A stretch of DNA of 64,000 nucleotides from assembly GCA_036149055.1 (NCBI GenBank), contig JAYZQJ010000033.1, positions 96,001 through 160,000 on the forward strand, in the 5' to 3' direction. The notes under the pieces are model-generated. The model worked only from the letters and a program-made list of their open reading frames with translations. It ran no database searches and was not told the origin of the DNA. Positions 1-11,574 of this stretch are shown here, in pieces. Numbering within the stretch: position 1 is the stretch's first letter; each line of letters opens with the position of its first letter. The position numbers and the translations under genes are program-made. The stretch is from Myxococcota bacterium (GTDB lineage Bacteria > Myxococcota_A > Polyangia > Polyangiales > Sandaracinaceae).

Positions 1-1
1 G

Positions 2-160
2 GACGAGATCGAGGACGCGGTGGGCTTCGCCCGCATGCAGCGACGGACCTGCGTGATCGAGTTCCAGGTCGCGCAGGAGGACACCGTCTACCCGATGGTT
101 CCGGCGGGGAACGACCTCGCCGACATGATCCGCAGGCCGCGGATGAAGGGAGTCAGCTGA
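2..160 (+). CDS. ilvB: Acetolactate synthase large subunit, 3' end only (partial)
   Basis: Frame 2 reads ...CVIEFQVAQEDTVYPMVPAGNDLADMI...*, a typical IlvB C-terminus (VYPMVPAG). The stop lies 1 nt before ilvN. Confidence 0.85.
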   Translation, partial: DEIEDAVGFARMQRRTCVIEFQVAQEDTVYPMVPAGNDLADMIRRPRMKGVS

Positions 161-161
161 G

Positions 162-707
162 ATGACCGAGCTCCGGACCTTCGCCGTCCTCGTCGAGGAC
201 GTCCCGGGGGTGCTCAACCGCGTCGCGTCGCTCTTCCGGCGCCGCAACTTCAACATCGTCTCGCTCAACGTCGGCCGGACCCACGAGCGGGGGATCTCTC
301 GCATGACGGTCGTGGTCGAGGCCGACGCGCGCACCGCGCGGCTGGTGGAGGCCAACCTCTACAAGCTGGTGAACGTGCTCGCGGTCGAGGACATCTCCGA
401 GCGCGCCACCGTCACCCGCGACCTCGCGCTCATCCGGGTGTCCGCCGGGGCCGAGGAGCGCGCGGCCATCCTGCAGATCTGCGAGGTGTTCCGCGCGCGG
501 GTCGTCGACGTCGCGCCCAGCTCGCTCGTCGTCGAGATCACCGGCGCCCAGGACAAGATCGAGGGGCTGGCGAAGCTGCTCGAGCCCTTCGGCATCACCG
601 AGATGGTCCAGACCGGCGCCATCGCCCTGACCCGCGGCGCCGACACCGGCGCGACCGCGCTGCACCGACTCGCCACCGAAGACGCCGCCGCCGATCGCGC
701 GGCCTGA
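162..707 (+). CDS. ilvN: Acetolactate synthase small (regulatory) subunit
   Basis: ACT-domain start VLVEDVPGVLNRVASLFRRRNFNI; ends with EMVQTGAIAL; operon position. Confidence 0.96.
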   Translation: MTELRTFAVLVEDVPGVLNRVASLFRRRNFNIVSLNVGRTHERGISRMTVVVEADARTARLVEANLYKLVNVLAVEDISERATVTRDLALIRVSAGAEERAAILQICEVFRARVVDVAPSSLVVEITGAQDKIEGLAKLLEPFGITEMVQTGAIALTRGADTGATALHRLATEDAAADRAA

Positions 708-3304
<2,597 letters not shown>

Positions 3305-3306
3305 CG

Positions 3307-4683
3307 ATGAAGACCCTCTTCGACAAGGTGTGGGACGCCCACGCGGTGCACGAGGCGCCGCATCACCCGAGCGTGCTCTACGTGGATCTCCACCTGGTGC
3401 ACGAGGTCACCTCGCCGCAGGCCTTCAGCGGCCTCGAGACGCGCGGGCTCCCGGTGCGGCGGCCCGAGCGGACGCTGGCCACCATGGATCACTCGACGCC
3501 GACCCGGCCGGGAGGCCTCGCGGTGGTCGACGACGCGGGGCGCGCGCAGCTCGAGACGCTGGCCCGGCGCTGCGCCGAGCACGGCATCGAGCTGTTCGAT
3601 CTGAGCTCGCCGCACAACGGGATCGTGCACGTGGTCGCGCCCGAGCAGGGGCGCACGCACCCGGGCATGACGGTGGTGTGCGGCGACAGCCACACCTCGA
3701 CCCACGGCGCGTTCGGGGCGCTCGCCTTCGGCATCGGGACCAGCGAGGTCGAGCAGGTGCTCGCGACCCAGTGCCTGCTCGCCTGGCGGCCGCTCCCCTA
3801 CGAGGTGCGCTTCGAGGGCACCGCGCCCGAGGGGGTGAGCGCGAAGGATCTGATCCTGGCGCTGATCGCCGAGATCGGGGTCGGCGGCGGCACCGGTCAC
3901 GTCTTCGAGTACCGGGGCGACGCGGTGCGCGCGCTCTCGATGGAGGGCCGCATGACGCTCTGCAACATGTCGATCGAGGCCGGCGCCCGGGCCGGCATGG
4001 TCGCGCCCGACGACACCACCTTCGCCTACCTCGCCGGGAGACCGGGGGCGCCGGCCGACTTCGACGGGGCGGTCGCGCGGTGGCGGGCGCTCCGGACCGA
4101 CGACGGCGCCTACTTCGCCCGGACGGTGAGCCTCGACGCCTCGCGGGTGTCGCCGCGGATCACCTGGGGCACCACGCCGGCGATGAGCGTGGGCGTCGAC
4201 GAGCCGGTCCCGCAGCCGACCGACGCCGCCGCTCGCTCGGCGCTCGACTACATGCGCCTCGAGGCGGGCAAGCCGCTGCTCGGTCAGCCGATCGACGTGG
4301 CCTTCATCGGCTCCTGCACCAACTCGCGCCTCGAGGATCTGCGCGAGGCGGCGAGGGTGCTCCGCGGGCGCCGGGTCGCGGCGCGCACGCTGGTGGTGCC
4401 CGGCTCCCGAGCGGTGAAGAGGGAGGCCGAGGCGGAGGGCCTGGACCGGATCTTCGAGGCGGCGGGCGCGGAGTGGCGCGAGCCGGGCTGCTCGATGTGC
4501 CTGGCGATGAACGGCGACCGGCTCGAGCCGGGGCAGCTCTCGGTCAGCACGTCGAATCGCAACTTCGAGGGCCGGCAGGGGCCGGGGGGTCGCACCCTGC
4601 TCGCCTCTCCGCTCACCGCGGCCGCGAGCGCGGTGGCCGGCGCGGTCGCCGACGCGCGGCGCACGCTCTCGGAGGCGGCGTGA
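3307..4683 (+). CDS. leuC: 3-isopropylmalate dehydratase large subunit
   Basis: [62 protein letters not shown]. Confidence 0.97.
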   Translation: MKTLFDKVWDAHAVHEAPHHPSVLYVDLHLVHEVTSPQAFSGLETRGLPVRRPERTLATMDHSTPTRPGGLAVVDDAGRAQLETLARRCAEHGIELFDLSSPHNGIVHVVAPEQGRTHPGMTVVCGDSHTSTHGAFGALAFGIGTSEVEQVLATQCLLAWRPLPYEVRFEGTAPEGVSAKDLILALIAEIGVGGGTGHVFEYRGDAVRALSMEGRMTLCNMSIEAGARAGMVAPDDTTFAYLAGRPGAPADFDGAVARWRALRTDDGAYFARTVSLDASRVSPRITWGTTPAMSVGVDEPVPQPTDAAARSALDYMRLEAGKPLLGQPIDVAFIGSCTNSRLEDLREAARVLRGRRVAARTLVVPGSRAVKREAEAEGLDRIFEAAGAEWREPGCSMCLAMNGDRLEPGQLSVSTSNRNFEGRQGPGGRTLLASPLTAAASAVAGAVADARRTLSEAA

Positions 4684-5249
4684 CCCCCTTCGACACGCTC
4701 ACCTCCCGGGTCGCGCCGCTCCTCCGCGACGACGTCGACACCGACCAGATCATCCCGGCGCGCTACCTCAAGGTCGTCGATCGCTCCGGGCTCGCCGAGG
4801 GGCTCTTCGCCGGCTGGAAGTCCGATCCCTCGTTCCCGCTGCACGAGCCGGCGACCGAAGACGCGCGCGTCCTTCTCACCGGCGCGAACTTCGGCTGCGG
4901 CTCCTCCCGGGAGCACGCGCCGTGGGCCCTGATCGCCGCCGGCTTCCGGTGCGTGATCGCGCGCTCGTTCGCGGACATCTTTCGCGGCAACGCGCTCCGG
5001 AACGGGCTGCTGACGGTGGCGCTCGACGAGGCGGATCACGCGCGGCTGGTCGCCGACGTCTCGGCGGATCCGTGGCGGGTGGTGACGGTCGCGCTCGAGC
5101 CGCAGCGCGTCCGGTGGGGCGCGGCCGAGGCTGCGTTCTCGCTCGATCCCTTCTCGAAGACCTGCCTGCTCGAGGGGCTCGACCCGCTCGGCTACCTGCT
5201 CGCCCACGACGCGGCGATCGACGCCTACGAGCGGAGGGAGGCGCCGTGA
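4680..5249 (+). CDS. leuD: 3-isopropylmalate dehydratase small subunit
   Basis: GTG start overlaps the leuC stop. Motifs [34 protein letters not shown]. Confidence 0.96.
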   Translation: MTPFDTLTSRVAPLLRDDVDTDQIIPARYLKVVDRSGLAEGLFAGWKSDPSFPLHEPATEDARVLLTGANFGCGSSREHAPWALIAAGFRCVIARSFADIFRGNALRNGLLTVALDEADHARLVADVSADPWRVVTVALEPQRVRWGAAEAAFSLDPFSKTCLLEGLDPLGYLLAHDAAIDAYERREAP

Positions 5250-6850
5250 CCGAGCCCGCGGTGAAGCTCTACGACACCACCCTCCGCGACGGCACGCAGC
5301 GGGAGGGTCTCAGCCTGTCGGTGGGGGAGAAGCTCCGGATCCTCACCCTGCTCGACCGGCTCGGCGTCGCCTACGTCGAGGGCGGCTGGCCGGGCTCGAA
5401 CCCGAAGGACGCCGAGCTCTTCGCGCGGGCCCGGGCGCTGCCGCTCCGGCACGCGAGGCTCGCCGCGTTCGGCGCCACCCGCCGGCGGGATCTGCGGGCC
5501 GAGGACGATCCGAGCCTGCGCGCGCTGCTCGAGGCGGAGACGCCGGTGTGCACGATCTTCGGCAAGAGCTCGATCGCGCACGTGCGGGAGGTGCTCCGGG
5601 TCACGCCGGACGAGAACCTCGCGATGATCGAGGAGAGCTGCGCCCTGCTCCGCGCGGCCGGGCGCGAGGTGGTCTACGACGCCGAGCACTTCTTCGACGG
5701 CTGGGCGCTCGACCCGCGCTACGCCCTGGCCACCCTCGTGGCCGCGGCCCGCGGCGGCGCGAGCACGATCGTGCTCTGCGACACCAACGGCGGCAGCTTC
5801 CCGTGGGACGTGGAGGAGGCGACGCGCGAGGTGGTGCGCCTCGTCGGCACCCCGGTCGGGATCCACGCCCACGACGACACCGGGTGCGCGGTCGCCAACA
5901 GCCTCGCCGCGGTCCGGGCCGGCGCGCGCCACGTGCAAGGCACCATGCACGGCTGGGGGGAGCGCTGCGGCAACGCGAGCCTCTGCACCCTCGCGCCGGC
6001 CCTCGAGCTCGCGCTCGGGCTCCCGGCCCTGCCGGACGGAGCGCTCCGCACGCTCACCTCGATCGCGGCGCAGATCGGCGGCGTGGCCGGCCTCGAGGGC
6101 GACCCGCACGCGCCCTACGTCGGCCGGAGCGCCTTCGCGCACAAGGGCGGGGTGCACGTCGCCGCGACCCGGCGCTGGGCCGAGGCCTACCAGCACGTCA
6201 TGCCCGAGCTCGTCGGCAACCGGACCCGGGTGGTCGTGAGCGAGCTGAGCGGCCGGAGCAACGTGCTCTCCTTCGCCGAGGAGCGCGGGGTGGCGGTCGA
6301 GGAGTCGGTGGCGCGCGAGGTGCTGGCCGAGATCGAGCGCGAGGAGGCGGAGGGCTACAGCTTCGATCGCGCCGAGGGCTCGGTCGCGCTCCGGCTCGAG
6401 CGGCGGGCGCCGTCCTACCGCGCGCCCTTCGAGGTGGAGCGCTACCGGGTGCAGCTCGGGCGCGGCAAGGGGGAGCGCCCCTACGCCGAGGTGACGGTGT
6501 GGACGCGGATCGGCGACCGGGTGCTGCACACCGCGGGCGCGGGCCGGGGGCCGGTGGAGGCCTTCGACCGGGCGCTCCGCGAGGCCCTCGCGCCGTCCTA
6601 TCCCGAGATCGCGCGCATCCGCCTGACCGACTTCGCGGTGCGCATCCTCGACGGCGCGGCGGGCACGTCGGCCACGACGCGGGTGTGGATCGAGCATCGC
6701 CTCCAGGGCCCGAGCGCGACCGAGCAGGCCTGGGGTACGGTGGGGGCGTCGGACAACGTCATCGAGGCCGCGCGGCGCGCCCTGGTGGACGGTCTCGAGT
6801 ACGGGCTGTCGCTCGAAAGGAACGAACATGATCGTGCTGTTGCCGGGTGA
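5246..6850 (+). CDS. cimA: Citramalate synthase (second LeuA-family enzyme)
   Basis: YDTTLRDGTQREG, EGGWPGSNPKD, YDAEHFFDG, LCDTNGG, AFAHKGGVH, VSELSGRSN: signatures of the bacterial CimA clade. Confidence 0.88.
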   Translation: MTEPAVKLYDTTLRDGTQREGLSLSVGEKLRILTLLDRLGVAYVEGGWPGSNPKDAELFARARALPLRHARLAAFGATRRRDLRAEDDPSLRALLEAETPVCTIFGKSSIAHVREVLRVTPDENLAMIEESCALLRAAGREVVYDAEHFFDGWALDPRYALATLVAAARGGASTIVLCDTNGGSFPWDVEEATREVVRLVGTPVGIHAHDDTGCAVANSLAAVRAGARHVQGTMHGWGERCGNASLCTLAPALELALGLPALPDGALRTLTSIAAQIGGVAGLEGDPHAPYVGRSAFAHKGGVHVAATRRWAEAYQHVMPELVGNRTRVVVSELSGRSNVLSFAEERGVAVEESVAREVLAEIEREEAEGYSFDRAEGSVALRLERRAPSYRAPFEVERYRVQLGRGKGERPYAEVTVWTRIGDRVLHTAGAGRGPVEAFDRALREALAPSYPEIARIRLTDFAVRILDGAAGTSATTRVWIEHRLQGPSATEQAWGTVGASDNVIEAARRALVDGLEYGLSLERNEHDRAVAG

Positions 6851-7865
6851 CGGAATCGGTCCGGAGGTGGTGCGCGAGGCGCGCCGGGTGCTCGAGGCGG
6901 TGGCGCCCGACCTCCGCTACGAGAACGCGCGGATCGGGGGCGAGGCGATCGACGCCTCCGGGACGGCCCTTCCGGACGAGACGCTCGACGCGTGCCGCGA
7001 GGCGGACGCGGTGCTGCTCGGCGCGGTCGGCGGCCCGAAGTGGGACGACCCGCGGGCCCGCGTCCGCCCGGAGCAGGGCCTGCTCGGGCTGCGCAAGGCG
7101 CTCGGGGTCTACGCGAACCTGCGCCCGGTGCGGGTGCCCGAGGCGATCGCGGATCGCTCGCCGCTCAAGCGCGAGAAGGTGCTCGGCGTCGACTTCGTGG
7201 TCGTGCGCGAGCTGACCGGGGGCCTCTACTTCGGCGAGCCTCGCCGCCGCGAGCGGACCGATCTCGGCGAGCGGGCCATCGACACCCTCGAGTACACCGA
7301 CGCCGAGATCGCGCGGGTGATGAAGGTGGCGTTCGAGCTCGCCGCGACGCGACGCGAGAAGGTCACCAGCGTCGACAAGGCGAACGTGCTCGAGAGCTCG
7401 CGGCTCTGGCGGGAGACGGCCGAGAAGGTGGCCGCGGGCTACGCCTCGATCGCGCTCTCGCATCAGCTCGTCGACTCGATGGCGATGCGCCTCCTGACCC
7501 ACGCCGCCGACCTCGACGTGGTGGTCACCGAGAACCTCTTCGGCGACATCCTCACCGACGAGGCGGCCGCCCTGACCGGGTCGCTGGGCGTCTTGCCCAG
7601 CGCGTCGGTGGGCGACGGCCGCCGCGGCATCTACGAGCCGATCCACGGCTCCGCGCCGGACATCGCCGGCCGCGGGGTCGCCAACCCGATCGGCGCGATC
7701 CTCAGCGCGGCGATGATGCTGCGCTGGTCCCTCGAGCGCGCCGACGCCGCCGACGCCATCGAGCGCGCGGTCGACGCCGCCCTCACCCGAGGCGCCCGCA
7801 CCGCCGATCTCGGCGGACACCTCGCCACCTCCAAGATGACCGAGCGGATCCTCTCCGAGCTCTGA
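6828..7865 (+). CDS. leuB: 3-isopropylmalate dehydrogenase
   Basis: LPGDGIGPEV, GAVGGPKWD, RELTGGLYFG, VDKANV, NLFGDILTD, EPIHGSAPDIAG. Confidence 0.97.
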   Translation: MIVLLPGDGIGPEVVREARRVLEAVAPDLRYENARIGGEAIDASGTALPDETLDACREADAVLLGAVGGPKWDDPRARVRPEQGLLGLRKALGVYANLRPVRVPEAIADRSPLKREKVLGVDFVVVRELTGGLYFGEPRRRERTDLGERAIDTLEYTDAEIARVMKVAFELAATRREKVTSVDKANVLESSRLWRETAEKVAAGYASIALSHQLVDSMAMRLLTHAADLDVVVTENLFGDILTDEAAALTGSLGVLPSASVGDGRRGIYEPIHGSAPDIAGRGVANPIGAILSAAMMLRWSLERADAADAIERAVDAALTRGARTADLGGHLATSKMTERILSEL

Positions 7866-7901
7866 GACTCTTGATCTCGGTGGCGAACCGGGCATCCTCA
7901 G

Positions 7902-7922
7902 ACCACCGGTCGAACCGGTGGT
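7902..7922. promoter_or_regulatory. Probable TetR operator (9-bp perfect inverted repeat)
   Basis: ACCACCGGT-cga-ACCGGTGGT lies just upstream of the GGAGA RBS of the TetR gene, and downstream of a possible TTGATC-N16-CATCCT promoter. Confidence 0.7.
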
Positions 7923-7933
7923 TTGGAGATCGG

Positions 7934-8551
7934 TTGCCGCTGCCTCGCTTCGAGAAGCTCCCGAAAGAGAAACGTCGCGCCATCCTCGCCGCGGCCACCC
8001 ACGAGTTCGCCGAGCACGGGTTCGAGGGCGCCTCGTTCAATCGCATCATCGCCGCCGCCGGGATCAGCAAGGGCGCGATGTACTACTACTTCGCCGACAA
8101 GGCGGACGCCTACGCGTCGGTGATCGAGGACGTCTTCGACCAGCTCGGCGAGGCGCTCTCGGATCTCGCGCTGCCCGACGACGCCGAGCAGTTCTGGACC
8201 TGGCTGGAGGAGGGCTCGACCCGGCTGAACGAGACCTTCGGCCAGGACGAGGAGCTCTCCAAGCTCAGCCGCGGGCTCTACTCGAGCGTGAGCGCCGACC
8301 CGACCTACCGCCGGATCCTCGCCCGCGGGCGGGAGCACGTCGAGTCCATCCTCGCGCGCGGGCAGGCCCTCGGCGCGGTGCGGGACGACCTGCCGCTCGA
8401 GCTGCTCGCCGACGCTACGCTCGGCATGATCGTGGCCGTCGACCGCTGGTTCACCGACGAGATGGAGACGCGCCCGATGGACGAGCTCCTGGCGATGGGC
8501 ACGAAGGTCCTCGGCATGGTCCGGGACATGCTCGAGCGACGCCCGCGGTAG
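7934..8551 (+). CDS. TetR/AcrR family transcriptional regulator
   Basis: TTG start after GGAGA. HTH: AATHEFAEHGFEGASFNRIIAAAGISKGAMYYYFADK. Confidence 0.92.
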   Translation: MPLPRFEKLPKEKRRAILAAATHEFAEHGFEGASFNRIIAAAGISKGAMYYYFADKADAYASVIEDVFDQLGEALSDLALPDDAEQFWTWLEEGSTRLNETFGQDEELSKLSRGLYSSVSADPTYRRILARGREHVESILARGQALGAVRDDLPLELLADATLGMIVAVDRWFTDEMETRPMDELLAMGTKVLGMVRDMLERRPR

Positions 8552-8562
8552 CCCGCGCCCGG

Positions 8563-8613
8563 TTGACAGCCGACATAACAGCGTTACGTAATGTGGCATA
8601 ACGCTGTTATGTC
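8563..8613 (+). promoter_or_regulatory. Sigma70-type promoter overlapped by a 15-bp inverted-repeat operator
   Basis: TTGACA at 8563-8568. GACATAACAGCGTTA (8572-8586) and its exact reverse complement (8599-8613) form an AT-rich patch covering the start codon. Confidence 0.8.
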
Positions 8614-9187
8614 CGACGACTGGATCGACACCGTCTACGAGGCCCTGCGCCGGCGCGAGCTGGACGACGCGGATCTGTCCGCGCGGCGGGTGAGCGCGCT
8701 GCTCGGCAAGACGACCGGCGCCCTCTACCACCGCTGGGGGTCGCTCGACGGCTTCCTCTTCGCGGTGAGCCAGCGCGGCTTCGTCGCCCTGCGCGAGGCG
8801 CTGGAGGCGGCGTTCGCCAGTCGCGGGGACCTCGGGGACGTCGCCGAGGCGTTCGTCGACTTCGGGCTCGACCACCCGGAGCTCTACCCGCTGATGTTCG
8901 AGCGTCGCTACGACTGGGACGCGCTGCGGGCCGCCGGGGTGTTCGACCGGGAGATCGCCTCGGGCGCGCTCTGGGACGCGATGGCCTGCGTGCTCTCGGA
9001 GGCGGGCTGCGCCGACGTGGCCCGGGACGGTCGCCTGCTGTGGGCGGGGCTGCACGGCCTCGTCTCCCTCGCCGCCAGCGGACGCGCGAACGTCCGCGCC
9101 CTCGACCGGAGCGACCGCGACGTCGCCCGCGAAGCCGCGCGCGCCCTCGCGCGACGGCTGCTCGAAACCACGGAGAAGCCCGAATGA
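8609..9187 (+). CDS. TetR family regulator with WHG-type C-terminal domain
   Basis: HTH LSARRVSALLGKTTGALYHRWGS; FGLDHPELYPLMF; LWAGLHGLVSL. Start could also be 8591. Confidence 0.85.
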   Translation: MSDDWIDTVYEALRRRELDDADLSARRVSALLGKTTGALYHRWGSLDGFLFAVSQRGFVALREALEAAFASRGDLGDVAEAFVDFGLDHPELYPLMFERRYDWDALRAAGVFDREIASGALWDAMACVLSEAGCADVARDGRLLWAGLHGLVSLAASGRANVRALDRSDRDVAREAARALARRLLETTEKPE

Positions 9188-10449
9188 CGATCGACCGCCC
9201 CCTCACCCTGCCCAACGGGCAGCGCCTGCCGAACCGCCTGGCCAAGAGCGCGATGAGCGAGCGCGTGGCCACCCCGGACGGCCGCCCGACGCCCGCCCAC
9301 CTGCGCCTCTACGAGCGCTGGGGCGGGGGCGGCGCCGGCCTGCTGATCACCGGCAACGTGATGGTCGACGGGCGCGCGATCGGCGAGAGCGGCAACGTGG
9401 TCGTCGAGGACCGGCGCCACCTCGCGGAGCTCTCCGCGTGGGCGCGCGCGGCGAAGGCGGGCGGCGCCAAGATGTGGGCCCAGATCAACCACCCGGGCCG
9501 TCAGTCCCCGCGGAACCTGTCGAAGCAGCCGGTCGCGCCGAGCGCGGTCGCCCTGAAGGGCGCGGGCCCGATGTTCGCCAGGCCGCGCGCGCTCGAGAGC
9601 GAGGAGATCGAGGACCTCGTGCGCCGCTTCGCCGCCACCGCCGCCATCTGCGAAGAGGCGGGCTTCGACGGGGTGCAGATCCACGGCGCGCACGGCTACC
9701 TGGTCAGCCAGTTCCTCTCGCCCCGCACCAACCTCCGCGACGACGCGTGGGGCGGGGACGCGGCCCGGCGGCGGCGCTTCCTGCTCGAGATCGTGAGGGC
9801 GGTGCGCGGCGCGGTCTCTCCCGGCTTCGCGGTCGGGCTCAAGCTGAACAGCGCCGACTTCCAGCGCGGCGGCTTCGACGAGGAGGAGTCGATGGCGGTG
9901 CTCGAGGCGGTCGACGCCGAGGGCCTCGACCTGCTCGAGATCTCGGGCGGCACCTACGAGTCGGCCAAGATGTTCGAGGAGACGGTGCCCACCCGCGAGA
10001 GCTCGCGGGCCCGGGAGGCGTTCTTCCTGGACTACGCCGAGCAGGCCCGGGCCCGGGTGAAGACGCCGCTGATGCTCACCGGGGGCTTCCGCACCCGCGA
10101 CGGCATGGAGCACGCGCTCGAGGGCGCGGTCGACGTGGTCGGCCTCGCGCGCCCCCTCGCCGCCGAGCCCGATCTCGCCCGTCGTCTGCTCGAGGGCGAG
10201 GCGACCCGGGCGCGCCCGATCCGGATCGCCACCGGGATCGCGAACCTCGACGCGCTCGTCCAGGGCGCCTGGTACCAGGTGCAGATCGACCGCATGGGCC
10301 GCGGGCTCGAGCCCGACCCGGGCACCACGCGGCTGTGGGCGTTCCTTCGCTACTTCCTGCCGCGCTACGCGCCCGCGTGGGCCGAGGCCCCGACCCTTCA
10401 GCCGCACTCGGCGGGGGACCGGGCCGCTCCGCCGCCGATCGCCGGGTAG
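9184..10449 (+). CDS. NADH:flavin oxidoreductase (Old Yellow Enzyme family)
   Basis: NRLAKSAMSE, QINHPGRQ, GFDGVQIHGAHGYLVSQFLSP, KLNSADFQRGG; ATGA coupling to the TetR gene. Confidence 0.93.
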   Translation: MTIDRPLTLPNGQRLPNRLAKSAMSERVATPDGRPTPAHLRLYERWGGGGAGLLITGNVMVDGRAIGESGNVVVEDRRHLAELSAWARAAKAGGAKMWAQINHPGRQSPRNLSKQPVAPSAVALKGAGPMFARPRALESEEIEDLVRRFAATAAICEEAGFDGVQIHGAHGYLVSQFLSPRTNLRDDAWGGDAARRRRFLLEIVRAVRGAVSPGFAVGLKLNSADFQRGGFDEEESMAVLEAVDAEGLDLLEISGGTYESAKMFEETVPTRESSRAREAFFLDYAEQARARVKTPLMLTGGFRTRDGMEHALEGAVDVVGLARPLAAEPDLARRLLEGEATRARPIRIATGIANLDALVQGAWYQVQIDRMGRGLEPDPGTTRLWAFLRYFLPRYAPAWAEAPTLQPHSAGDRAAPPPIAG

Positions 10450-11450
10450 CCGAGCGCGTTCCAGCGGGTCATGCCGCCCGCCATCGAGACGACGCGGGTG
10501 AAGCCGGCCTCGGCGAGGCGCTCCGCGGCGCGGGCCGAGCGGCCGCCGCTCCGGCAGAAGACCACCACCGTGCGCTCGTCGGGCGCGCCGAGCGCGGCGG
10601 GCAGCGTGGCGAGCGGGTGGTGCTCGGCCCCGGGCATCGCGCCGAGGGGGCCCCGGAGCTCGTCCGCCTCGCGCACGTCCACCAGGCGCAGCCCCTCGGC
10701 GTGCTCGCGCACCCACTCCTCGCTCACCTCGACCACGCCCTCGGGCGGCTGCTCGATCCCGCAGCGGAGGTTGGCGGGGACGGCGACGTGGATCTGCTTG
10801 GGCTGCGCCAGGTCGAGGTTCTCCATGATCTCCACGAACGCCGCGCGGCCGATGTCCTCGCGGAGGCGCCGGTTGAGCCGCTTCTCCTCGCCGACGGTGC
10901 TCGAGGTGAAGCCGCGGTAGTCGTGCCCCGGGTAGATCGGCGTCTCGTCGGGGAGCGAGAAGATCCGGCGGTGCACCGAGTCGTAGAGGCGCTCGGCGTC
11001 CCCCTGCTGGAAGTCGGTGCGGCCGCAGCCGCGGATCAGCATCGTGTCGCCGGTGAAGGCGGCGAGCGGCCGGCCCCCCTCGCGCACGACGTAGGTCACG
11101 TCGCCGTCGGTGTGCCCGGGCGTGTGGCGCGCCTCGATCTCGAGGCGACCGAGCCGCAGCACCTCGCCGTCCTCGACCAGCCGGTCGGGGCAGCCCGCTC
11201 CCGCGGCCGCGCTGAGCACGGTCTCGGCGCCGAGGCGCTCGCGGAGGAGCCCGCTCGCGGTCACGTGGTCGGCGTGCACGTGGGTCTCGAGGGCGTAGAC
11301 GAGGGTGAGATCGAGCTCGGCGAGGAGCTCGACGTCGCGCTCGACCTGCTCGCGGACGGCGTCGATGAGCGCCGCCTCGCGCGTCTCCTCGTCGGCGACG
11401 AGGTAGGTGTAGGTGCTGGACGCGTGGTCGAAGAGCTGTCGGAAGAGCAT
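10398..11450 (-). CDS. Persulfide dioxygenase (ETHE1-like MBL fold) fused to rhodanese
   Basis: MLFRQLFD..SSTYTY, ETHVHADH, HTPGHT, GCGRTDFQ, PGHDY, ANLRCG; then rhodanese DVRE...CRSGGRS. AGGAGA RBS. Confidence 0.9.
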   Translation of the reverse strand: MLFRQLFDHASSTYTYLVADEETREAALIDAVREQVERDVELLAELDLTLVYALETHVHADHVTASGLLRERLGAETVLSAAAGAGCPDRLVEDGEVLRLGRLEIEARHTPGHTDGDVTYVVREGGRPLAAFTGDTMLIRGCGRTDFQQGDAERLYDSVHRRIFSLPDETPIYPGHDYRGFTSSTVGEEKRLNRRLREDIGRAAFVEIMENLDLAQPKQIHVAVPANLRCGIEQPPEGVVEVSEEWVREHAEGLRLVDVREADELRGPLGAMPGAEHHPLATLPAALGAPDERTVVVFCRSGGRSARAAERLAEAGFTRVVSMAGGMTRWNALGYPAIGGGAARSPAECG

Positions 11451-11475
11451 GGCGTCTCCTTTCGACGAGGGGAAG

Positions 11476-11491
11476 TGCACGCGCCGCGCCA
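11476..11491 (-). promoter_or_regulatory. Sigma54 -24/-12 promoter for the persulfide dioxygenase gene
   Basis: Minus strand TGGCGCGGCGCGTGCA (GG-N10-GC), about 25 nt upstream of the start and next to a divergent sigma54 activator. Confidence 0.65.
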
Positions 11492-11574
11492 CCCGGGCCG
11501 GGCGAGCCCGCGGGGACCGGGTGAAACGGGTTGAAACACCGCGCGGACCCGGTCGGCGTGCGTATGATGCGGGC

